Below, piece after piece: positions 20,609-29,500 of a stretch of 64,000 bases of DNA. The notes under the pieces are model-generated. The model saw only the letters and a list, made by a program, of their open reading frames with translations, was not told where the DNA came from and ran no database searches. Numbering within the stretch: position 1 is the first letter of the stretch; every line of letters starts with the position of its first letter. The stretch is from positions 85,148-149,147 of the forward strand of contig JAUZRX010000010.1 of the NCBI GenBank assembly GCA_030949985.1. Reading direction: 5' to 3'. The stretch comes from Acidobacteriota bacterium (lineage in GTDB: Bacteria > Acidobacteriota > Polarisedimenticolia > J045). The position numbers and the translations under genes are program-made.

Positions 20609-23600
20609 ATGAAAAAGCCCCGACAACCACCCTCCCCCGAAGAAGCACCCCGGATCATCGCCGGACGCTACGAAATCCTCGGACGCCTGGGAGCCGGCGC
20701 AGCCGCGCAGGTCTATCGGGTCCGCGACACCGTCGGCGGCGGGACGCTGGCTCTCAAGCTGTTGGCCGGCAGCGATGGCCGCGAGTCCCCGGCCCTGATC
20801 CGGGCCTTCCACCACGAGTTTCAGCTCCTGACCCGCCTGCGTCACCCTCACTTGGTGCAGGTCCACGACTTCGGCGTGCAGCAGCCCGGAGGCGAGGGTG
20901 TGGCGGTGCCCTGGTTCACCATGGACCTGGTTCCCGGTCATCCCGTGGACGAAGTGCTCGGAGCCTCCCCCGACTGGGCCTGCCTGGCCCGGGTCGCCGA
21001 CGCGGTGCTCGATGCCCTCGGCTCCCTCCACGCCCAGGGGCTGGTCCACCGCGACGTGACACCCGCCAACATCCTCGTCGGCCCGGAGATGGAGCGGGAT
21101 CCGCCGCCGGTGTGGCTGATGGACCTGGGGCTGGCCGAAAGCGCGGCCAGCGTCGATGCGGGCCGGATCCGCGGCACCCTGGCCACTGTCGCCCCGGAAA
21201 CCCTGCGGGGCGGAGCGGTCGATGGCCGGGCGGACCTCTACTCCCTGGGCTGTGTTCTCTTCCGCCTGGCCACCGGCGAGGACCCGTTCAGCGGCAACAC
21301 ACCCTTCGAGATCCTGCGGGCGCACCTGTCCACCCGCCCCACCCCACCGCGGCACCTCAACCCGGAGGTGCCTGCCAGCCTGGAGGCCCTGATCCTCGAA
21401 CTGCTGGCCAAGCAACCGGAGCAACGCCCGTCCACCGCCGACGAGGTGCGCCGCCGCCTGGCCGGCCTGTCCGGACGCCACCCCCAGCGCCTGCCTCCCC
21501 TGGCGGAACCCTTGACGCCGGCCCTCGCCGGTCGAGAGCGGGAGATCGAACTGTTCCGCACGGCTCTCGAAGACCTCTCCCGGGAGCGGGGCGCCGTGCT
21601 CCTGGTGGAAAGCGAGCCGGGCATGGGCCGCTCCCGACTGCTCGAGGAGTTCCGGCTGCTGGCCCGTCTTTCCGGACGGCCGGCGCTGCTGATCCGCGGA
21701 GCCGAGGCGCCCCGCCGGCCCTTCGGCCTCGCCGACACCATGCTCGCGCACCTGGCCAGCGGCGGGGGGGGGCAGGCCGACACCCTCCAGGCCCGGGACC
21801 TGGACTCCCGGGCCGAACGGTTCAGCCGCCACCTCGTGGGACGGGAGAGCGTCCTGCTGATCGACGATCTCCATGCCGCCGACGCCGCCTCGGTAACCCT
21901 GGTCGAAGACCTCGCGCGGCGCATCCCCCGGGCGGGACTCCCCTGCCTGATGGTAGCCACCGTGGCGGGCGACGGACTGCCGCTGAAAGACGTGTTGCTC
22001 GAACAGGGTCTGGCCCGGCTGCTGCGACTGCGCCCCCTGGACGAGGCGGCCACCGGCCGACTGGGCGCCACGATGCTGGGGGAGAGCCTGCTGCCCGAAC
22101 CCTGGCAGCGAGCCCTCCACCGGGCCAGCGGTGGCGTGCCCGCCGCAGCAGTGGACATGGTCACGGCCCTGGTGCGCTCGGGCAAGGCCGGGCCGGGTGC
22201 GCCCCTGCCCGAAGCCGTACCGGCAGAACTGGCCGAGGGCCGCCTGGTCTCGCCCCGTTCCACCCAGCGCCTCGATGCCCAGTGGGAGCAGTGGCCGGCC
22301 GGTAGTCGGGCCGTGCTCGCGGCCCTGGCCCTGGCCGAAGGGGAGAGCCTGGACTTCGACGAACTGGAAGCCATCGAGCCCCACTCGGCCACCCACCCCG
22401 ACGATATCGACCTGCTGGTCCGGGAGGGCCTGGTGCGCCGGGTCCGGCGAGCGGAAGGCCGGCTGGGACTCGCCCTGGCCGTCCCCGCCCTGGCCGAAGC
22501 CATCGTCGCCCGCCTGCCGGCCGGGGCGCTCGAGTCGCTCCACCTGCGCCGGGCCGAGTGCCTGGCCGGACAAGAGGGCCGCCAGCTCCAGCAGGCCAGA
22601 CACCTTCTCGCCGCCGGGCAGACCGAGAGGGGAGCCCGCCTGCTGGTGGAAGCGGCCGCCGCGGCCCTGGACGCCGGCACACCCCGGCAGGCCCTCGGCC
22701 TCTGCGACCGGGCGCTGGCCGTCCTGGGGGAGGTGGAAGACGCCTCCCTGCTCCAGCGCCTGCGGCGTATCCGGGCCTCCGCCCTGGCCGCCCTCGGTCA
22801 TCCCGAGGACGCCGCCGCCGAGTACGGCCGGGCCCTCGCCATCGTCGGGGCCGAGACTGCGGAACTCTCCCGCACCCTGCGGGCGGCCGGCACCTTCCAC
22901 GGAGAAACCGGAAAAATCGACACGGCCCTCGACCAGCTCGAACAGGCCCTGGCCCTCAGTGACGAGTTGGGGGACACGGCGGGGGGCGCGGGGGTCCTGC
23001 TGGAGATGGGACGCCTGCTGGCCGCCATGGGCCGCCTGGCGGACGCGGCCGAGCGTCTCGAGACCGGGCTGCGCCAGGCACGACGCGCGGGGCAGGCCCA
23101 CCTCGTCGCCGCCCTGCTGCTGGCCCGCGGAGACCTGGCTCTCCGCGAGGGCCAGCTCGAGCGGGCCCAGGAGTGCTACCGGGAAGCCGAACAGGAATCC
23201 CTCGGCACCGGCTCCACGGCCGGCCGCCACGCCGCCCGGCGCGGTCGCGTGCTGGCCATGGAGGCCTCGGGCCGACTGGGAGACGCCCTCGAAGCCCTCG
23301 ACGACCTGCTGGCCGACGCCCGGCGCACCGGCCACCAGGGACGAGAGGCCGAGGCCCAGGCCCTGACCGGAAGGCTGCTCGGCCGCCTCGGACGCCGTTC
23401 GGAGGCGGTCGGCCGCCTTTCCCAGGCCGCCACCCTCTATCGCAGGCTGGGACGCAGCGCCCCCGCCGCCGAGGTGCTCGCCGAGCAGGCCGAACGCCTC
23501 GGTGAACTCGGGCGCCTGCGCGTCGCCCTGACCCGGGCCGGGGAGGCCCGGGCTCTGGCCCAGGAGGCCCGTTCGGAACCCGCCGCCAACGCCGCGGCCT

Positions 23601-25861
23601 TCGCGCTGGGCACGTTGCACGCCTTCCTCGGTGACGTGGAGGCGGTGCACGAGGCCCTCTCACGCCTGGGCCGGGCCGAAGCCCCCCTTTTCCGGGCCCG
23701 GCGCTCGCTGCTGCTGGGCCGGGCGCACCTGGCGGCGGGCCAGCCCGACCGGGCCCGGGAACTGCTGCAGGAGTGCTCCTTCCTGGCTCGCCGCGTTCGC
23801 CTGTCGGAACTGGAAGTCCAGGGGCTGGTCGGGCTGGCGGAAAGTTACCTCGCCCTGCGCGACGAAGAGCGCGCCGGGCTGGCCCTGAAGAAGATTCGCG
23901 CCGAGGCGGAAAAGGGAGGCCAGGAAGAGATGGTGGCCTGCGCCCGCTTGCTGGCGGCCGAATTGGAACTGGCCCAGCCGGGAGGCGAGATGAGCCTGGC
24001 CCGGGACGAGGCGCTCGCCGCCGCCGAGGTGCTCGCGCGCCGGGAGCGCTCCGACCTGGCCTGGCGGGCCTGGGCCGCCGCCGCCACCGCCTGCCGGCGC
24101 CTGGGGGAGGTCGACGGCGCCGCCCGCTGCGAGCGGGACGCCATCGCCGGCCTCGACGCCCTGCTCGAGGGCCTCCCCGGCCCCCAACGTACCCGCTGGA
24201 GGGCGCAGCCGCGGGTGCGCTCCCTGCTGGCCGCCGCCGGTGCGGAAAACGCTGGATACCGGGCGGCCCCCGAAAGCCAGGCAGCCCCCGAGACCACCCG
24301 GCAGGTCCAGGCCCTCGAACGCCTGCTCGAGATCAACCGGGCCCTCAACTCCACTCTCGAACTCGAACGCCTGCTCGAGATCCTGGTCGATACCGCCATC
24401 GAGCTGACCGGGGCGGAGCGGGGCTTCGTCCTTCTCGAGGAAGGCGGCGACACCGCCGCGGAACTGGCCCGCCGGGAGGGGGGCGTGGACCTGGCCGGCG
24501 AGGAACGCGAGTTCAGCCGCTCGGTGGCGCGGCAGGTGATCCGCGACGACAAGCCCCTGGCCTCCCACGACGCCCAGACCGACGAACGGCTGAGCGACTC
24601 CCGCTCGATTCACGCCCTGCAGATCCACTCGATCCTGGCCCACCCCCTGCGGGTGCGCGGCAAGGTCGTCGGCGCCATCGTCACCGACTCCCGCAAGCCC
24701 ATGGCCCTCTTCGACCAGTCGAGCCAGACCTGGCTTTCCCGCCTGGCGGACCAGGCGGGCATCGCCCTGGCCAACGCCCGCCTGGTCACCCAGCTCCGCA
24801 CCCAGGCCGAGGAGATCCGCCGCCTGAACGAGCAGCTCGCCGAACAGGTGGAAGAGCAGCGCGTGGAGATCCTCGAAAAGCAGTCCAACCTGGAAGTGCG
24901 GTATCGCTACGACTGCATGATCGGCGCGTCGAACCCGATGCAGAAGGTCTACCGGGCCATCGACAAGATCCTGCCCACCGAGATCCCGGTGCTGGTCACC
25001 GGTGAATCCGGTACCGGCAAGGACCTGGTGGCCCGGGTGCTGCATTACAACGGCCCGCGCAGCGAGCAGCGCTTCGTGACCGTCAACTGCGCGGCCCTGA
25101 CCGACACCCTGCTCGAGTCGGAACTCTTCGGCCACCGCAGGGGCTCGTTCACGGGGGCCGACCGGGATCGCAAGGGCCTGTTCGAGCAGGCCCACCAGGG
25201 CACCCTCTTCCTCGACGAGATCGGTGAGATGCCCCTGCACCTGCAGCCCAAACTGCTGCGGGCGATCCAGTTCGGCGAGATCCGCCGGGTGGGGGAAGAC
25301 ACCGACCGCCGGGTGGACGTGCGTATCGTGGCGGCGACCAACCGGGACCTGTCGGAGATGGTCGCCGCGGGCAAGTTCCGCGAAGACCTCTTCTACCGCC
25401 TGGACGTGGCCCAGGTTCACATGGCTCCCCTGCGCGAGCGCCTCGAGGACCTGGGCCTGCTGGTGGGCCACTTCCTCGAGCACGCAGCGAAGAAGACGGG
25501 GCAGGCGCCGAAGTCCATCGAACCCCCCGCTCTGCGTCTTTTCCTGCGCTACGACTGGCCGGGTAACGTCCGGGAACTGGAGAACGAAGTCACCAAGCTC
25601 GCCGCCTTCACCCGGGGCGAAGTGATCACCGAGCTGGACGTGCTGGAAAACGCTGCTTTCCTCGAGCGCGCGCGGGCCCGCCAGGCCGGCCGCCCCCGGG
25701 ACGAGAGCATCAGCACTCTCGAAGCCACCGAACTCGAGCAGATCCGCCAGGCCCTGGCCACCGCCGGAGGTAACCGGACTCGCGCCGCGGAGATGCTCGG
25801 CATCGACCGCTCCACCCTCTACCGCAAGCTCAAGCGCTACGCCGATCGCCTCGACCCCTAG
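20609..25861 (+). CDS. 1,750-aa fusion: Ser/Thr protein kinase - NTPase/TPR scaffold - GAF - sigma-54 interaction (AAA+) domain - Fis-type HTH (enhancer-binding protein)
   Basis: Kinase subdomains (LAGSDGRESPALIRAFHHEF..., HRDVTPANILV, DLGLA, APE-like TVAPETLRG); P-loop-like EPGMGRSRLLEEF and long TPR/helical region; GAF (LERLLEINRALNSTLELERLLEILVDTA...); sigma-54 AAA+ with Walker A GESGTGKDLVARVLH, ESELFGH, GSFTGA (GAFTGA variant) and R-finger region; C-terminal HTH (NRTRAAEMLGIDRSTLYRKLKRY). AAGGGG RBS 7 nt before ATG. Confidence 0.85.
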   Translation: MKKPRQPPSPEEAPRIIAGRYEILGRLGAGAAAQVYRVRDTVGGGTLALKLLAGSDGRESPALIRAFHHEFQLLTRLRHPHLVQVHDFGVQQPGGEGVAVPWFTMDLVPGHPVDEVLGASPDWACLARVADAVLDALGSLHAQGLVHRDVTPANILVGPEMERDPPPVWLMDLGLAESAASVDAGRIRGTLATVAPETLRGGAVDGRADLYSLGCVLFRLATGEDPFSGNTPFEILRAHLSTRPTPPRHLNPEVPASLEALILELLAKQPEQRPSTADEVRRRLAGLSGRHPQRLPPLAEPLTPALAGREREIELFRTALEDLSRERGAVLLVESEPGMGRSRLLEEFRLLARLSGRPALLIRGAEAPRRPFGLADTMLAHLASGGGGQADTLQARDLDSRAERFSRHLVGRESVLLIDDLHAADAASVTLVEDLARRIPRAGLPCLMVATVAGDGLPLKDVLLEQGLARLLRLRPLDEAATGRLGATMLGESLLPEPWQRALHRASGGVPAAAVDMVTALVRSGKAGPGAPLPEAVPAELAEGRLVSPRSTQRLDAQWEQWPAGSRAVLAALALAEGESLDFDELEAIEPHSATHPDDIDLLVREGLVRRVRRAEGRLGLALAVPALAEAIVARLPAGALESLHLRRAECLAGQEGRQLQQARHLLAAGQTERGARLLVEAAAAALDAGTPRQALGLCDRALAVLGEVEDASLLQRLRRIRASALAALGHPEDAAAEYGRALAIVGAETAELSRTLRAAGTFHGETGKIDTALDQLEQALALSDELGDTAGGAGVLLEMGRLLAAMGRLADAAERLETGLRQARRAGQAHLVAALLLARGDLALREGQLERAQECYREAEQESLGTGSTAGRHAARRGRVLAMEASGRLGDALEALDDLLADARRTGHQGREAEAQALTGRLLGRLGRRSEAVGRLSQAATLYRRLGRSAPAAEVLAEQAERLGELGRLRVALTRAGEARALAQEARSEPAANAAAFALGTLHAFLGDVEAVHEALSRLGRAEAPLFRARRSLLLGRAHLAAGQPDRARELLQECSFLARRVRLSELEVQGLVGLAESYLALRDEERAGLALKKIRAEAEKGGQEEMVACARLLAAELELAQPGGEMSLARDEALAAAEVLARRERSDLAWRAWAAAATACRRLGEVDGAARCERDAIAGLDALLEGLPGPQRTRWRAQPRVRSLLAAAGAENAGYRAAPESQAAPETTRQVQALERLLEINRALNSTLELERLLEILVDTAIELTGAERGFVLLEEGGDTAAELARREGGVDLAGEEREFSRSVARQVIRDDKPLASHDAQTDERLSDSRSIHALQIHSILAHPLRVRGKVVGAIVTDSRKPMALFDQSSQTWLSRLADQAGIALANARLVTQLRTQAEEIRRLNEQLAEQVEEQRVEILEKQSNLEVRYRYDCMIGASNPMQKVYRAIDKILPTEIPVLVTGESGTGKDLVARVLHYNGPRSEQRFVTVNCAALTDTLLESELFGHRRGSFTGADRDRKGLFEQAHQGTLFLDEIGEMPLHLQPKLLRAIQFGEIRRVGEDTDRRVDVRIVAATNRDLSEMVAAGKFREDLFYRLDVAQVHMAPLRERLEDLGLLVGHFLEHAAKKTGQAPKSIEPPALRLFLRYDWPGNVRELENEVTKLAAFTRGEVITELDVLENAAFLERARARQAGRPRDESISTLEATELEQIRQALATAGGNRTRAAEMLGIDRSTLYRKLKRYADRLDP

Positions 25862-26085
25862 CAGCCCGCTGAAAAAGCCGACATCCCCGCCCGGGAGCCG
25901 AAGTTCGGCTTCCCGGGTCCACGGTCCGGGTTGTTGTCTTCGGCTCGCCGCCCTGTGCAAAGAAGCTCCGCAAGCGGTTCGAAACCGGCGGTTCGACCGC
26001 CAGGCCTCTCGAGCGCCGGGAGCAGCGTCTTCACCGAAGCGCTCCCGCCGCCGTGAACGCGATCCGGGGCCACCGGCTGACTGTT

Positions 26086-26104
26086 GCAAGCTGCAACAGC
26101 GGTG
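26086..26104. promoter_or_regulatory. Palindrome CTGTTGCA-AGC-TGCAACAG (copy 2; candidate enhancer/UAS) plus extra TGCAAC half-site at 26115-26120
   Basis: Perfect 8+3+8 dyad. Centre lies about 111 bp upstream of the -24 element of the sigma-54 promoter at 26205, the typical UAS-to-promoter distance for bEBPs. Confidence 0.5.
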
Positions 26105-26204
26105 GGGAGTGCAACGGTGCAGTGGAGGGAGACACAGCCCCGCATGCTGCCCGAAATTGTTCGTATTAGTTGTAAATAGGCCGTTTTCAGGCTAGCGACG
26201 AAAC

Positions 26205-26220
26205 TGGTACGGTGATTGCT
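26205..26220 (+). promoter_or_regulatory. Sigma-54 (-24/-12) promoter TGGTAC-N5-TTGCT
   Basis: TGGTACGGTGATTGCT with GG/GC at canonical positions; one mismatch to TGGCAC. Located in the lowest-GC stretch of a 600-bp ORF-free region; predicted TSS about 26231. Confidence 0.55.
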
Positions 26221-26230
26221 CTATGTCAGG

Positions 26231-26460
26231 GCGCGAAGGCGGAAAGACCCGACAAGGGGTGGCCGGAGGGTAGGAAAAACCCAGTTGCGACCCACGCAAC
26301 CGATGCAGCGCCCAGCCCGATGCCAAAGGGTCGAAAGACCCAAGCCCCCTAACCTTCGGTACCCCTTGTCGGGGCCTACTTGACAGCAAGCGCACGCCGA
26401 ACCGGCTCGAAGATAGTTTCCTTGGTACAGAAAGCCCGCCTCTCCCCCTGGCGGGCTTTT
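26231..26460 (+). ncRNA. Candidate sigma-54-dependent structured RNA (about 230 nt): sRNA or terminator-containing leader of the downstream HK operon
   Basis: No credible ORF. Long-range helix GACCCGACAAGGGG/CCCCUUGUCGGGG enclosing hairpins GUUGCG-ACCCA-CGCAAC and GGGUC-GAAA-GACCC (GNRA tetraloop); repeated GAAAGACCC motif; ends in an intrinsic terminator. Confidence 0.35.
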
Positions 26461-26463
26461 CTG
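26431..26463 (+). terminator. Rho-independent terminator (AAAGCCCGCC-loop-GGCGGGCUUU + UUUUCUGUGUG)
   Basis: 10-bp stem, 9-nt loop, T-rich tail. Sits about 50 nt upstream of the sensor kinase start codon, so could also act as an attenuator. Confidence 0.65.
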
Positions 26464-26509
26464 TGTGTTCGTAGCTGTTTCGAGGGCGCCGGAGCGCTAT
26501 CATCCGGCG

Positions 26510-29500
26510 ATGATGAACCAGCGCCCCGGCACGCGGCCTTCACCGCGCTCGGCCGTTCTCCTGCCGGCGGCCCTGGCGCTGGCCTGCGGCCTGTTGCCCT
26601 ACCGCCGGGCGGCCTGGGCGGCCGCCGCGCTGGTCCTGTGGGCGCTGGTGTTCCTGCTGGCGACCTGGAGCCGCCAGCCGCGGTCGCGCCTGCTGCCGGC
26701 GGTGCTCCTGGTGCTCGGCGGCCTGGCCACCACCCCCGAATGGCGCCCGGTTCCCGGGCCCGACCATTTCCTCGCCCCGGCCGCCGAGCAGGTGCAGCAG
26801 CGATGGCGGGAGCAGGTCGAAATCCTCGACGCGGCGGTGGCGCCGCCCCCCCCGGCCGGTGGCGACTACGCCTGGCTCGACCAGCGCCGGCAGAGCCTCG
26901 GAGAGCGTGGCGGCCTGACGGTGCTGCCCGAGGGGGGAGGCCCGCCGCTGGGCTGGTCCGGCTGGACCACGCCCCTCGCCGCCGGGGAACGAGCACGGCT
27001 CGCGGCGAGCCTCGCCCCCGGCCCGGCCCTGATGGTCCTGCGCCGCGGCCTGAGCCTGCGCCTGGTCTGCGCCCGGCGCTACACCGACCCCGCCCGCTGG
27101 CTGGTGGCCGAGATCGCACTTCCCCCGGAGCCCGCCCCGGGCCCCCTGGGCGGAGGGCTCGGGCCCCACGTGCAGGCGCGGCTGCGCTGGGAAGCCGTGG
27201 GCGAAGGCATCCAGGCCGAGATCGGCGGTACCGACGAGGGGACCGCCCCCGCCTTCTGGTCCATGATCCCCCTCCAGGCTCCCGACGGCAGCCTGATGGC
27301 CCGGGCGACCCTGACCCAGTCCCCCCCCGAGGTGATCGCCCGGGACCACGCCCGCAGGCGCCAAGGCCTCTTCGGCCTGCTCGGCACCCTGTGGCTGATC
27401 GCCACCGCCATGGCCGGCGGGCGCGGCGGCGCCCTGCGCCTGGCGGTGGCGCGAGGGGTCTGGCTGGTGGCCCAGCCGGCGCCGCTGCTGGGTCTCGGCA
27501 GCGCCGCCACGGCGCCCTGGCTCCCGGAGACGCTGCTCCCAACCCACCCATGGGCCCGCTGGCTGGCCGAAGGGCTGGTCGGCCGGCCCCTGGACGCGGC
27601 CCTGACGGGCCTGGCCCTCGCCGGCGTATCCGCCCTGGTGGGCCTGCCTCTCTCGCCCCGACGGCGCCGCGGGATCGGCATCGGCGGACTGGCCCTGGCG
27701 GGGACCGGCCTGGGCCTGGTCCATCGCCTGACCCTCGCCACGGAACTCTCCCCGGGTGCGGTGGTGCTCCCCGAAGGAGGCGGCGTGGTGGCAGCGCTGC
27801 TGATGGTCGCCCTGGCCGCACTCCCCTGGGCGGGTTTTCAGCTCGCCCTGCGCTGCCTCGGCAGCGCCGTGGGAGGTCGCACATGGCTGGCCGCGGCCCT
27901 GCTGGCGGGGCTGACGGCAGGCTCCGTCCACGCCCTGACCCTGCCCGCGGCCGGGCGCCAGAGGGCCGTGCGCGAGTTGGCACCGGAGCTGCTGCAGCGG
28001 GGATGGACCTGGGAGAACGCCCTGCTCGAAACCCTGGCCCTGGCCGTTCCTCCCGACCGCCGGCCGGTGCTGGCCCGGGAGCGGGATGCCATCGACCTGT
28101 GGTGGAACTCGCCCCTCGGCCGGATGGGCCTGGCGTCGGGGGTCTGGAAATACGACGCCCGGGGGCGCGTGGTGGACCGCTTCATCACCGGCGTTCCCCC
28201 GGTGGACCCCGAACCGCGCCTGGTGGCCGCCGACCTCGAAGACGGCCCGACCGGCCCCTTTCCCCGGCGCTTCGATGCCCCCGAAGTGGAGACCCAGCGC
28301 TTCGTCGAGGGCCAGTTCCGGCTGGTGCGGGCGGAGGTCCTGCGTCCCGACGGTGGAAGCTGGGTCGCGGCCATCCTGGCCGAGCCCGGAAACATCCCCT
28401 CCCGCCGAGCCGACGACCCTCTCGGCGCGGCGATCCGGGCCGAGACCGACAAGCCGATCCTTCCCCGCCGGGGGGCCCTCGAGCCCCGGCTCGCCTGGTT
28501 CGACCCGGCGGGACATCTTCTCCACTCGGAGTTGGAGGCCGGCCCTCCCGCGCCCCTCGCCCCCCCCACCGCTCCCCGCTGGCGCCGGATCCACGAGCCG
28601 GGCTCCCGCGGCTACGACGTCTACGAGGTGGCGGACGCCACGGGGACCCTCTGCCTGGCAGTCGTGCCGCCGGGGCTGCTGGAGATGGCGGCGATTCCCG
28701 TGGGCTGGGCGGTGAGCCTGCTGGCCGGTGCCCTGCTGACCCTCGCCCTGCACCGTATCGAGCAGGATCCCCGTGGCGCGGTGCTGGGCGTCTTCCCCCG
28801 CCTGCGGGCGGCGGCGGGGCGCTTTGGCGTGCAGGTCGGCCTGGTGCTGGTCGTCGCGGGCCTGGCTCCACTGTTGGCCCTGGCCGGGGCGGGGCGCGCG
28901 GCGGCCTCGGCCCAGGCCCATCAGCGCCTGACCTCCGACGGTCGGCGCACGGCTCACTTCGCCCGTCGCCTGGTGGAGGACTACCTGGCCCTGGGGGAAG
29001 GCGAACCCCTGGCAGCCACCGACGCGGAACCCATTGCCGCCTGGCTGGCCCGCACCCTGGGCGAGAACCTCTTTCTTTGGCGTGACGGTGCCCTCGCCGC
29101 CGGTAGCCGCAGCGACCTGGTCAGAGCCGGCCTGTGGCCCGAACGACTGCCCGGGCGCACCTGGCGCGAGCTGACCCTCGGCCGCCGTCCCCTGCTGATC
29201 CGGCGGGAGGGCCTGCTCTCGGCGGCCGCCTCGGGCGCGGCGGTGGTCTACAGTCCCTACCGGGGGCCCGACGGCAACCCCGGTGTGCTGACCATTCCTC
29301 TCGCCCGCGCAGGCCGGCGCTATGCCGAGAGCCTGGCCGACATGGACCGGGCGCTGCTGGTCAGCACGGCCCTGCTGCTGGCCCTTTCCTTCGCCCTGCT
29401 GCGTCCGGCCACCCGTCGGCTGGTCCGCCCCCTCTCCCAGCTCGAGCAGGCCACCGGCCGCCTGGCGGCCGGCCACTTCGACTCGCCGATTCCCGTGGCG

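Noticed and set aside
25889-25918. Hairpin CCCGGGAGCCGAA/TTCGGCTTCCCGGG after the bEBP stop as terminator
   Set aside because: Long imperfect stem with a bulge and no U-tract; may act as a terminator but evidence too weak to list as a feature.
20420-26089. Two long minus-strand ORFs (1,076 aa and 809 aa) opposite the STPK-bEBP gene
   Set aside because: Antisense to a gene with strong multi-domain homology; Gly/Arg/Ala-rich artefactual composition.
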